A stretch of DNA of 53,252 nucleotides from Octopus bimaculoides (lineage: Eukaryota): contig NC_068990.1 of the NCBI RefSeq assembly GCF_001194135.2, positions 39,693,684-39,746,935 of the forward strand, given 5' to 3'. The notes below the pieces were generated by a model, which saw only the letters and a program-made list of their open reading frames with translations, searched no databases and was not told the DNA's origin. Both the position numbers and the translations under genes were made by a program. Positions within the stretch are counted from its first letter, which is position 1, and each line of letters begins with the position of its first letter. Of this stretch, positions 22,597-35,019 are shown in pieces.

Positions 22597-23573
22597 AATC
22601 TTATCAACTAGGTTCTGAGGTGAATTCATTGGAAGGTTGCTTCCATGTGTCTGTGGGCAGCAAAATATAAATCTGCAATGTACTTAGGTCAGTTCAGTTC
22701 AGAGCTATATTTAGTAGCTAAAACCATATTGCAGATTCACTTTCTTAGGAGTATGTATAATATTGTACTAGAATGAATATTATCACTACCTCCATTTGTG
22801 CTCCAATGGAATCTCAAGAGTTAGTGTTTAGTCATGGCTTTAAGTAGTGAAGTAAGTTCTCGGAGGAGAGTTGTTCCCTAGACATAGGTCACAAAAGTTC
22901 ACTCATGTGTGGACATAACTTGGTGTCATGTGAACCAGTCTCCACCTGCTTTCTGAAGGATAAGGAATATTCTTATATGATGTAGTACTCAATACCAGCA
23001 GCTAGGGCTAAGAAAAAAAATGTTCAGTTCACAAATACAATCAATCAGTATCCTCAGATTTAAATTCATGGTCCTTAGATAAGCAGTCCTGAAATCCTAT
23101 TCATTAAAATTCATTAACAATCAGTAATATATGAAAAAATATACAATAAACTAAAATTGACAATAATTATGTCCTTTGGCAAAGTGCATCCATTTGTTAC
23201 TCACTGGTAAGTATGGCTTAATAATATGGACCATGCTTTTGCTAATTGTTTTTGGTGTCATTGACTTCATGGGCAGATATTGAGATATTCTTGGCCTAGT
23301 CACCCTTGATGTAACAGCTGGAAGAAGGGAGAGTACTGGAGAGTACTTATTACAACTAAGTAGACTGTAGCAACATGAAATGAAGCACCTGACCAATCCA
23401 GTGCTTGAACCTACTACTCTATGATCAGGTGCCAAACACCCGAACCACCAGCACATAGCTTCCACTTGTCAACCGAATTGACCTAAGTACATTGCAGATT
23501 TATATTTTGCTGCCCAGAGACACATGGAAGCAACTTTTCAATGAATTCACCTCAGAACCTAGTTGATAAAATT
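22597..23573. mobile_element. Element bounded by 103-bp inverted repeats (~94% identical), unclassified
   Basis: 22597-22699 against the reverse complement of 23471-23573 shows about 6 mismatches. Confidence 0.85.
23310..23468 (-). mobile_element. Old tRNA-derived SINE head (family D)
   Basis: Minus strand TGGAAGCTATGTGCTGGTGGTTCGGGTG...GTAGGTTCAAGCACTGG with A-box-like and B-box-like motifs. Confidence 0.6.
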
Positions 23574-24249
23574 AAATACAAGTGAATATTTACTTAGACC
23601 AACACTACTATCCAACAAATCACTTCTTAATTACTAGTCTCCCTCGTGGATGAAAAGTTCACACTATTTTAAGGGCACTTGCTACAATTCATTTGAGTTT
23701 GATTTAAATCTTTCAATTACACATAAGATATATTTAATTATTTAATCATTTTACATGATAATTAGTTGTAGATATTAAGTAAGATTTTGAGGTGTTCACA
23801 ACTTTAATCTAAATTCAATAATTATTAGCTATTTAATTAACTGTTTCAAGGGGAAAACGAAATTAGGAAATTAGTCTTTAAAACCAAAATATTCAATATA
23901 ATTTGTAAATATAAAAACTTAAATAAATATTAATAAATTCCACAGAGATGAATTTCAGTCTATTTTATTAAAGTTCTGCTATATTATTATATTGTTCTTG
24001 TTTAAATAATACGCTGCTGTTTTATAATATTTCAGCCAATTATAAAACTACTGATATATTATAATACTACCATAATACATCTATGTCATATTACAACTTC
24101 TACATTAATATGCTTCTGTTACTTGATAATACTTCAACTATGTTATAATACTACCGTACATTATAATATTACTGATACTTTAAAACACTTCTGCTATAGT
24201 AATATAATATAATTGTGATATAATATAATTTGACAATAATGTGTAAAGT

Positions 24250-25359
24250 CTGTTGTGTCTGAGAGAGTCATTCTCTTTTGCTACCTTATGATTTAACACA
24301 CTCACTGGTAAAGTTTCCACTCATTTACTTATTTGTTTTTCTAAAATTTTCGCTGCTTCTTGCAACCTTTTCAATAGTTGTTGACTCTATTCGTTATTGA
24401 AGATGCATTCTTTTTGTTTGTTTGTGTGCATGTGTGGGTGCATACACATGTATGTATGTATGTATGTATGTATGTATGTATGTATGTATACATGCATGTG
24501 TGTAAGCATGTATGCATGTGTATGTGCATATGTATATATGTATGTGTGTATGTTTGTATGTATGTATTCTGCCTGCATATTCATGTGTATGTGTGTACCT
24601 CTGTCTCCTTGTGTGTGCATGTCTGAGTATGTCTGTGTGTGTGTATGGCTTTTTTTTTGCAATTATGTACTGTGTCTGTATGTATGGATGTGTATCTCCA
24701 TAAGTGTGGACATGTGTCTCTATATGTGCCCTTGTGTGAAGGGAAGGGTGTGTGTAAATATAGTCATGTGTTTCAGTCTTCATCTGTGTATGTGTGTGTG
24801 CTTGTCTGTTCATATAACCTATGTACCTATCTGTCTGTATGTCTATCTGTTTACATTTATATCCATATGCCTACATGCATGTGCATATACATATACACAT
24901 ATACACCTACCCACACTCACACATACATACATCTCCATAACAGCCCACTAACTATTCTACTCTACCTGTGGGTATGGGGATATCTACTGTGTATATTTCC
25001 TGTTTAGCACTGAGGAAGTTTCATTTATGAGGATGTACTCCTGTATTTGTCTGAGTGTTGGGTCCTTTAGGTGCTTGGATAAAATACAGATATCAAGTTC
25101 ACCCAGGTTGCCTCCATGTTGGTCCGTGGCATGTTGGCAGAGTATGGAGAACCATTTTTTGTCGTCATATTGTCTCAAATGTTCATTTAGTCATTCCGCA
25201 ATGCTCCTAGATGTTTCCCCTATGTATGTCGTTCATTTTTGTTACAAGCATTGTTGAATTATAAAGCACTAAAAGAGAATGACTCTCCCCAGACACAACA
25301 GAATGTGCTTCAACACATGAACTCACATAAAGAATCTTACAAACCAAATCCAAAAACGA
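24250..25359 (-). mobile_element. 5'-truncated Penelope-like element with inverted terminal segment, 12-bp TSD and hammerhead-like motif
   Basis: TSD AATGTGTAAAGT at 24238-24249 and 25360-25371. Inverted repeat 24250-24290 / 25259-25301. GIY-YIG C-terminus TYIGETSRSIAE*LNEHLRQYDDKK...QHATDQHGG...DPTLRQIQEYILINETSSVLNRK at ~24990-25250 (minus). Confidence 0.85.
24341..24377 (-). ncRNA. Candidate minimal type-I hammerhead ribozyme, U3-A8 core variant
   Basis: CTA-TTGAAAA-G-GTTGC-AAGAA-GCAGC-GAAA-AT-TT-TAG. Stem I has 3 bp, stem II has 5 bp with one G-U, and stem III is palindromic AATT. It lies in the PLE terminal repeat on the PLE sense strand. Confidence 0.6.
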
Positions 25360-25725
25360 AATGTGTAAAGTGTTTTCACTAAAATAATGACAAACAATGA
25401 TAGGAAGAGGAATGATATTTTAGAGGACAACAAGACTACTAATGTTGAATATTAAAAGGGCATTGCTGATAAATGAAAAAGAATTTTCTGTCCTGAAAAT
25501 CTATCATCAAATAAATGTTGAAATTAAAGTATAATTAATGGTAAAATTACTAATCTCAACTGTCTTGAATTCAGTTCCATAGCAGATGTATCACTAAACT
25601 GCTTGGCAAAACACTTTTCTTGTCTTTCTTAAGAATTCACTTTGCTTTTTTGAATGCATACCAAAACTTCTGATAATGTTAACAGAAATAAAATACCTCC
25701 AGAAGCCATCACAAAACCTTTAGAG

Positions 25726-25967
25726 CAGTGATTTTAACTAGGGTCTATGTGACCCCTATAGGGTCCATATGAAATTGTGTTGTTCAAATTGGTTATACAT
25801 CTACAATACATAAATTATTTTAACAATTTTTTAAATACAATTCCTAATAATTCTTAATTACAAAAATATAATTAGATTGTTTAAGCATTGAAATGGCCAA
25901 GAGAGTCTGCCTGAATACAATTAAGAATCAAAGGAGTCCATTGGTAAGAAATGGCCAAGAACTACTG
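25726..25967. mobile_element. hAT (Charlie-like) MITE with 8-bp TSD
   Basis: CTTTAGAG at 25718-25725 and 25968-25975. Termini are CAGTGATTTT... and ...AGAACTACTG. Confidence 0.88.
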
Positions 25968-26744
25968 CTTTAGAGTGACAACATATATTTCTTGCTTCAT
26001 GTTAACAGAATGGGATTAAATTTTCCCTGGGATACACCTCAAATCTACAACAGCTGCTATGGGTGATTCAGCAACTGTTGTTATTTAATTGCAGGTTTCC
26101 TTATTAATTTAAACACTACCATTGCAATTTGACTTTGTCATGTAAATTGCATCAAGGACTGCCTTATCCAACCTATGTTTAAGATAGTATGGTATAATTT
26201 GAGGGAGATTTGAAAGCTATTTTTAGCATCGCGACTCCTTTGTTGACTTGCAATTCACTAATTATGTTAGAGAGGTGAACTTATTATATACAGCTGGATA
26301 TACATCCTGGGGCAATATCTTTAAGTGTCATAGTTATTCACATCTACCTGAGTTAAAAAAAACAAAAAAACTATAAAACATAGTGATGATGATCTAGTTT
26401 CATGTACCATGCTTTTGCTATATGCTTTAGGTATTTATATAATCATGAACAGACATAGACACCCTCTCAGCTTTCCTACTTCTGACCCTGCAAAACATTG
26501 AAGATGTGACAGCTGGAGGAGAGCTGTACCAGTATGGTTGGTACTCATTTCAGCTGATTAAGCAACATGCCATTCAGTTCAGGAATTGAACTCATGATCT
26601 TATAATCATCAGTATGCCAGCCACACTAACCTCTAGGCCACATGCTTTGCAAATCAATCAGATATGAACTGTTGCAATTCTTTTTTACTATAGGTCTACT
26701 TGAATGACGAAGACGTGGGGCTAGATAATTTTTTGTACTCTAGG

Positions 26745-26943
26745 CCCAAGGCCCAAAATCTTTCGGTGGGAAGGGCGGCATTTGATTAGATCGATCCAGT
26801 ATGCAAATGGTACTTAATTTATTGACCCTGAAGGATGAAAGGCAAAGTCGATCTTGGCAGAATTGATCTCAGAATGTAGACAGACAAAATACCACTAAGC
26901 ATTTTGCCCGGCGTGCTAACGATTCTGCCAGCTCGTTACCTTA
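26745..26943 (-). mobile_element. SINE family B
   Basis: Reverse complement of the family B head and central block (GGATGAAAGGCAAAGTCGA...GCTAACGATTCTGCCAGCTCG). Confidence 0.88.
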
Positions 26944-27564
26944 CATGGGGCCAGATAATAACAACGGTAATAAAAACAACAGCCAGCAGTAAGAACCATT
27001 TTAGAGAACCAATAGGTTTCTGTGTGCCCTTGATCTGCTTGAAAATGGCAGCCAAATCACCTTCAAATCATATTTTACTGTCGTAACAAATTAATGAAAC
27101 ACTGGGCAGCGTAGTCCCAGATGCGCTATTGTCCTGGACATCGCATTAAACTGCATCTGCTAAGGAGTTCAGCAGTTTTGAGGAGTATGGGGCCACCCTT
27201 AGCCACTATTACTCCCAGTTCTATTCTGGCCTATAGTGATACTTGTCAAGGGCCCCAGTTATAGCTGAAATAGTTGAAGAGGGTCTTGTGGCTAAGTTAT
27301 ATAGTGGGTGGAAGGCTAACCTTTAGACATGTGTCACACAAGACCACTTGTGTGTAGACATGCCCTGATGTCTTGTGAAGTAAAATAAGCTCCGTGCCTT
27401 TAAGAGTAAAGTCAGAAGAGCAGTAGACTGACAGAATAAATGGCAAATAATCTGGCAGAGGGCAATAAGAAATCACTGCTGTATGTTTCCCAAGAAAAAT
27501 CACAAATATTCAGGCTTTGACATGGGAAGTCCATAACTGCAGAAACCTGTAAAACAAGCACTGC

Positions 27565-27800
27565 ATGACAGAGGAAGGAGTGGGGTGGAGGGGAGTAAAT
27601 GGTGGAGGGGAGGGAAGGGAAGAGGGGAGGGAGAGAGCAAGGAAAAAGAAAGGGACAGAGAGAGGGAGGGGACAGGGAGAGGGAGGGGACAGAGAGAGGG
27701 AGAGAGGGATGGAGTGAAAGAGAAAATAGAGAGCGGGAGAGAGAGAGAGGGAGAGAGAGAGGGAGAGAGAGAGAGGGAGAGAGAGAATGAGACTGTGTCT
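27565..27800 (+). repeat. Polypurine (GGA/GA) tract with a G-quadruplex-forming motif
   Basis: Successive G3-4 runs (GGGGAGGGAAGGGAAGAGGGGAGGG) followed by (GA)n. Confidence 0.8.
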
Positions 27801-28515
27801 GAAAAAAATAAAGAAAAGGAAAGACAGAATGGTGACAGTTGAATTACTTCTGAGCATAAAAGTCTTCTTGATCAGTGCTAAACAACAACAACAACAACAA
27901 CAGTAATAACAAATACAAGAAAAGTGACATAATTCTGAAAATAAATGAAAACAATTTCCAATGTCTTTACTATTTAATCTTCAATGTAATATTGACCTGA
28001 GAAACATTTGACTATATTTTTTATTGATAATTTTCATTTAATACCTTTTCCTCTTTTTTCTCTCTGTTTCTGGGGTTTTTTTTTGTTTTTTGTTTTGTTT
28101 TTTTTATATCAGCAGTCATGGACTCACAGAATTATAGTAAATAATCAAACAGAATGTACTGGAAATTAATGACAAATTTTGAAGTTAATTAATTATGTTT
28201 CTTGTTTGTGGTTGTCGTTAAAACTGTCACTGGCATTTTACTTTGTTGTTTGTTTTAGAATCAGCTAAGATTTCTCTCTTCATAATTCATTTAAAACTTT
28301 CCAGAACTTTCACATCTATGTATATATATATAAAACACACACACACATATACATACATATATGTATACTCTCACACATGCAAATACACACAGATACATAT
28401 GCACATACACATACATATGTATATACATATATATGTGTGGGTATATAAGTGTGTGTGTGTATAAATATATATATACACATACACACACATATATGTGTGC
28501 ACATGCATTTGTGGA

Positions 28516-28557
<42 letters not shown>

Positions 28558-28804
28558 GTATGTATATATGTACGTATATATATATATGTGTGTGTATGAA
28601 TATGCACAAAGACCAAACGTTTCTATTTGTCTACTACAACTTGCATTGCACTTCAGGTTTTGAAATTATTTCCTCTCTTATTTTCCTCTCTGAGTATACA
28701 CACACACACACACACACACACAACCATACGTATACATATATATATACACGCATACATATAAGTACTTCCCCCTGTTTTCTACTTATATATATATGTGTGT
28801 GTGA

Positions 28805-28867
<63 letters not shown>

Positions 28868-29148
28868 AATATTGTTTGTTATTTATTTTGTTCTGTTAAA
28901 CAAGATTTGGATTTATTCATGCATTCAGTTATTTGTTTGTTTGTCATTTTTCCTGGTTTGTCCTTTCATTTGCAATCTTGTTAAAGAATTACAAAACACT
29001 GTAAAACATTTAGCAAGCATTTGTATTGGTATGAGGTCTTTCTATAATGAGATTTTGAGGACACCAACTGCTCAAACCATGTGGTAAGGTGGGCAGAAAA
29101 TTATCATCATCATTATTATTATTATTATTATTATTGTTATTATTATTA

Positions 29149-29201
<53 letters not shown>

Positions 29202-29579
29202 GTTATTATTTTGAGGTTTCTCTTCATTATTTTTTGTACTTATCTTTATATTTATTTTTTCTATTTCTTTCAATAAACTGTGTTGTTTTATTTCATTTTT
29301 GATGCTTTTCCTTCTTTTTTTTGTTTTATTTTTGTGTTTTTATGCAGTTTTACCAACATGGTTCCTCTTTATTTTCTGCCCAATCTAACCCAATTACTTT
29401 TTTTAATCTTTCAGTTTGCTAATTCTCTCTCCTTCTCTCTCACTCTCTCTCTCTCTCTCTCTCTCTCTCATCTCCTCTCTTTTTTTATATTTCTTGTTCA
29501 TCATATTGTCATCATCATTACCATCATCATCATTGTTGATAGTGATGTATTTAGTATCATTGCTGTTCTTGTTGTCATT

Positions 29580-29737
29580 GTCATTATTATTATTATCATT
29601 ATTATCATTATTATTATTATTATTATCATTATTATTATCATCATTATTATTATCATTATTATTATTAATTATTATCATTATTATTATTATTATTATCATT
29701 ATTATTATTATTATCATTATTATTATTATTATTATTA

Positions 29738-29780
<43 letters not shown>

Positions 29781-29806
29781 CATTATTATTATTATTATTA
29801 TTATTA

Positions 29807-29837
<31 letters not shown>

Positions 29838-29863
29838 CATTATTATTATTATTATTATTATTA

Positions 29864-29903
<40 letters not shown>

Positions 29904-29965
29904 CATTATTATTATTATTATTATTATTATCATTATTATTATTATTATTATTATTATCATCATAA

Positions 29966-30005
<40 letters not shown>

Positions 30006-30052
30006 CATTATTATTATCATTATTATTATCATCATCATCATCATCATCATTA
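29580..30052 (+). repeat. ~470-bp (ATT)n microsatellite with periodic ATC interruptions, ending in (ATC)n
   Basis: Directly visible. A further (ATT)n tract lies at ~29100-29210. Confidence 0.97.
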
Positions 30053-30624
30053 ATTTTTCTCCTCAGTTCAGAGATTTACAATTTGATTAATCTCTTTTAA
30101 ATCTCCTCTTTCCTGTACAGTGTCCTGGTCATTTCAATCGCTGCAATACTTTCACCAACAACAACAAAATAAATAATTAGAAAACAAATAGAAAGAACGA
30201 TATAAAAATGTGTATAAAACAGGGATTTTCTTCCTTGTTCTTTCTCATATCAAAAGCCATCACTATTTTATAGTGTCATTCTTTTATAGTTCTTACTGGT
30301 GTTTGTTTTTAGTCTTGTCTATCATTTCTACTGTCTTTTTTTTTTTCATCATTTCTTTTAAAATCTAAATATGACATTCACACATACTTACATGTGTGTG
30401 TGTGTGTAAACATGTACATATTTGCATGTGTGTGCATATGCTTATGACTACAAAGAATCCTTTCTTCCTTTGGACTTTAAACCATGATGAAGTGGTTGGG
30501 GCACCATTGTAACATACAGTAAATCCTGGGGCATTTTAAACTTAATGGAGTGCATCCCCTTTTAGATCGCCACAACTGATTTCTTCCAGGGAGGAAGTGT
30601 GTGAGAGTGACCGTGGAGAGATAA

Positions 30625-30790
30625 AGTATTCACTTCAGTATATGACTGGTACTTCATTTATTGACCTCAAATGTGTGAATGAAAGGTAATATCAACCTCA
30701 GTCAGATTTGAACTCAAATCCTAGAAAGCTGGAATGAATACTGTAACGCTTTATGCTCAACACTTTAACAATTCTACCAATTTGCTGACT
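30625..30790 (-). mobile_element. Old SINE family B remnant
   Basis: CTGGTACTTCATTTATTGACC...GAATGAAAGG...ATTTGAACTC...AACAATTCTACCAA. Confidence 0.7.
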
Positions 30791-30895
30791 CTGTGTGTGT
30801 GTGCATGCATGTGTGTGTCAGTGTGTACATGCACACATGTGTGTACATGGTTATAGACATATATCTGTGTGTACACACACACAAATATATATGTA

Positions 30896-30977
<82 letters not shown>

Positions 30978-31237
30978 CATATACACATACATACATATAT
31001 GGATGGATGGTTGGCGAAATATGCATGTGTATATATGTTATTATACCTCAAAGTATATATTTTGTAAGCTTGTCTGTAAATATATGTATAAGTATGTGTG
31101 TATGTATGTACATATGTACGTGTGTTTGATGTGTGTATGTATGCATGTATGCATGCATGCATGTACGTATGTATGCATTTACTCTTACATACAGACACAT
31201 GCTGCATGAAGGGTTAAATTGAACTCTTTTATTCCCT

Positions 31238-31358
<121 letters not shown>

Positions 31359-32139
31359 AGTATATCATCATCATCACCACCATCATTTTATCTTATAAAA
31401 AATGACTATTCAATACAGTAAAAGGTCAGAAAAGTTACATTTTCTTCAAAGATAATCTTTCAGCTTTTGATTAAAAGTGATTTTCTTGTCAAGAAAGAAA
31501 ATTCTCATGTGATTACTTACAAAAACTGACTGTGGACTCCCCTACCATGACCACCACCACCACTACCCTCACCAGACCATACCCCACTTATATACTATCA
31601 CTCGGAACGACCATACCAATCACCACCACCACCACAAACCATACCCTCACCACCATTCTGCTACTACTGCATCCCCACCATCACTACCCTCCACCCCCTA
31701 ACATTCAGTTGAAGATTAATTCTTGTTTCATTCTGTGTCCACTCAATGACTGCTGGAACACTTCATCCACTACACAAACAAACACACACAGAAAGAAAGC
31801 GATCCTCACACACACACACATCGTGGTGAATATTGGAATGCCCTCCCCTAACACACAGTTGGTCACACACATCTCTTCCAGTGAAATGCAGAAAAAAAAA
31901 AAGAAAAAATTGCTTAGAAGTAATTTGAACAAATTACAGTTTTTAGTGAGGACAACTTTTTGAAAAGCTTCTCATTTCTTATTTTTATTCTCCCCAGATT
32001 TCTCTTGTTGAAACTATTTTTTCTTCTGCCTTTAGTTCATCTTTTATTGTTCTTGTTTGTCATTGCTGCTGCTTTTTCATCTTCTCCATCCTTCATGATT
32101 ATTATAATAATTAGTAGTAGTAGTAGTAGTAGTAGTATT

Positions 32140-32599
32140 AAGGTGGCAAGCTGGCAGAATCATTAGCATGCTGGGTAAAATGCTTAGTGATATTTTGTCC
32201 ATCTTTACGGTTTGAGTTCCAATTCCACTGAGGTCGGCTTTGCCTTTCATCCTTTCAAGATCAATGAAGTATGTACCAGTTGCATACTGGGGTCAATCAA
32301 CTAATCTCCACCCCAAAATCTTAGACCTTGTGCCTTTAGTAGAAAGGATTGTTGTTATTATTATTAAGGTGGTGAGTGAGCAGAATCATTAAAGGTGAGC
32401 GGGCAGAATCGTTAAAATGCCAGGCAAAATTATTAACAGTGTTTGGTCTGTCTTTACATTCAGAGTTCACATTCTACCAAGGTTGCTTTGCATTTCATCC
32501 TCTCTGGGTTGATAAAATAACTACCAGTTGAGTACTGGGGTTGATGTAATTGATTCATCCCCTCCCCAAAACTGCAGGCCATGTGCCAAAATTTGAAAC

Positions 32600-32674
<75 letters not shown>

Positions 32675-32870
32675 GGCAGCAATTTGGTAGAATCATTAGC
32701 ATGCCAGACAAAATGCTTTACAGCATTTCATCTGCCTTTATATTCTGAGTTCAAATTCTGCTAATCTCAACGTTGCTTTTCATCCATTTGAGGTCAATAA
32801 AATAAATACTAGATGGACACTGGGGTCGACGTAATTGATTACTCACTTCCACAAAATAGAAAGGATTGAT
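32140..32870 (+). mobile_element. Three tandem head-to-tail SINE family B copies (starts 32140, 32366, 32673)
   Basis: Each begins AAGGY immediately after an (AGT)n or (ATT)n tract. The second has a duplicated head segment. Confidence 0.88.
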
Positions 32871-32874
32871 AAGG

Positions 32875-33250
32875 GACAGGGACTTGTGGCAATTTGCTGT
32901 ATTTGAGAAGACACATCAAGCTAAGTAAACTCGCATGTATCCATACCTACAGGCATCCTTTTATGGCCATACCCCCATTCCTTCTCCCAGCTGAGAGATC
33001 GTTATCTTGCACTCATGCCTGTACCACATAGGTTGCACTGGTGTTGGTCCACATACGATGAACTCATGTCAGTGCTATGTAAATGCGCCTGTGCCGGTGA
33101 CATGTAAAAAGCACCCAGCACACTCTGTAAAGTGGTTGGTATTAGGAAGGGCATCCAACATTAGAAACCATACCAAAACAGACAATTTCAGCCTGGACTA
33201 TTCTCTAGCTAGCCAACTTCTATCAGATCATCTGTCCCATGCCAGTCCTG
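32875..33250 (+). mobile_element. 3' end of an RTE-clade LINE (ORF C-terminus plus 3' UTR)
   Basis: DRDLWQFAVFEKTHQAK* (32875-32928), an RTE-type DR..W C-terminus, followed by a UTR carrying the shared AGGAAGGGCATCC tail block. Confidence 0.75.
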
Positions 33251-33704
33251 AAATCTTGCATGCATAGCGGGCTTACAGCCTGCAGCCTACGGTACCTTGC
33301 TATTCATTCTTTTTGGCTATCTAATACTTTCCTGATTATTCTGGCAATGCCAAGGAAGCAAAACTTTTGTAATAGACTACTGGGCACTCTATTCCAATTT
33401 CCTATATATTCCACTTGATCCTTCTGATACTGTTCCCAAGGGACTCAACAATAAGTGGCACTAACTTCACCTTCTTCATTTTATATAGCTGGACTATTTT
33501 GTTGTTGTTGTTATTATTATTATGTTTTTTTCTTCTTTCTTCAAATTTTCTTCCATTTCTTGCCGAGTGTTTTCCGTACACCTAGGGTAGAGAAACTCAT
33601 TGTATGCATTCCCAGTTTACACACACAAATTCACAGGTAAAATATGTATTTTAAAAAAAATTTATAAATAAATAAATTCATGAATGGATGTTGTTTTCAC
33701 AGCA

Positions 33705-33775
<71 letters not shown>

Positions 33776-33785
33776 CATTATCTTA

Positions 33786-34005
33786 AAGGTGGCAAGCTGG
33801 TAGAACTGCTAGCACTCCAGGCAAAATGCTTAGTGGTGTTTCATCCATCTTTACATTCTGAGTTCAAATTCCACCAAGGTTGACTTTGCCTTTAACTCTT
33901 TAAGGTTCAGAGAAATAAGTACCAGTTACTCACTGGGGTCAATATAATCGACTTGTCCTCTCCCCTCAAATTTCAGTCCTTGTGCCTATAGCAGAAAGGA
34001 TTAAT
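33786..34005 (+). mobile_element. SINE family B copy downstream of (ATT)n
   Basis: AAGGTGGCAAGCTGGTAGAA head after the (ATT)n at 33705-33780. Confidence 0.88.
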
Positions 34006-34376
34006 ATCATAATCTTATGTAACCCCCACCTCCTACTGTATATATTGTCTTTTGTACATTCCCTCTTTTCCTTGACCCCTTGGTTTGGCTCCTTATGTTT
34101 GGCTCCTTACATTCTGAGTACCAATCATGTTATGGTAAACTTCACTTTTCATCCTTCTGGTGAGGGTTGGGTGTCACTAATACCAACACAGCACTGGAGT
34201 TGATGGTATCAACTAACACCCAACTCTCCAGACTACTGGACTTTTGCCTCACTGCTCTCTACCAGTTGGGCAGTGGAAGTTCTACAGTAGTAATATATAT
34301 ATAGAAATATAGCAGTGGGTAAGAGCGATGATAGAAATATAGTTGTGGGTAAGAGTGAAACTCTAGGCATTGATTG

Positions 34377-34580
34377 TAATCATCATCATCATCATCATCA
34401 TCGTTTAACGTTCGCTTTCCATGCTAGCATGGGTTGGACGATTTGACTGAGGACTGGTGAAACCAGATGGCTGCACCAGGCTCCAATCTGATTTGGCAGA
34501 GTTTCTACAGCTGGATGCCCTTCCTAACGCTAACCACTCAGAGAGTGTAGTGGGTGCTTTTACGTGTCACCCGCACGAAT
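34377..34580 (-). mobile_element. 5'-truncated RTE-type 3' tail with (GAT)n
   Basis: Highly similar to 19900-20110. Confidence 0.88.
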
Positions 34581-35019
34581 AAAGTAGCTAATCTATTTTA
34601 GAGGACTTCCAGATTCAGTACTATACTACTGTGGATAACTTTCAGGAATCCCTGGCCTGATATTACTACCAAGGAGCACTGCCAGTTTGTGATAAACTCT
34701 ACAAGCAGAAAAGTGCTGTCAGGAGGGATTATTCGAGACATGTGCAGAGTGATGAAACATCTGCATGCACTCATGTTGTGTCCATGTATTACTGACTTCT
34801 GGGGTTATGTTGAACAGCTGTTGTCACATGTGGGATGAATCTGACTTTTGGCTGATTCAGTTGTGAGAATTGCCCCACTACCCACCTTTAACAAGGCAGA
34901 GCAGGTGGTGTTCCTCTATCTAGTGGCTATTGTGAAAGCGATTGTGTGGTGGATGAGGCTGAAGGGATTGGGGAAAGACACCTTACTTTTTGGTCAAGCT
35001 CTTATCTACTGTCATCTTT

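Noticed and set aside
29280-30090. Poly-Ile/Tyr/Leu and similar low-complexity ORFs (also 14298, 21524, 38737-39523)
   Set aside because: Translations of (ATT)n, (ATC)n or (ATCT)n repeats, with no coding signal.
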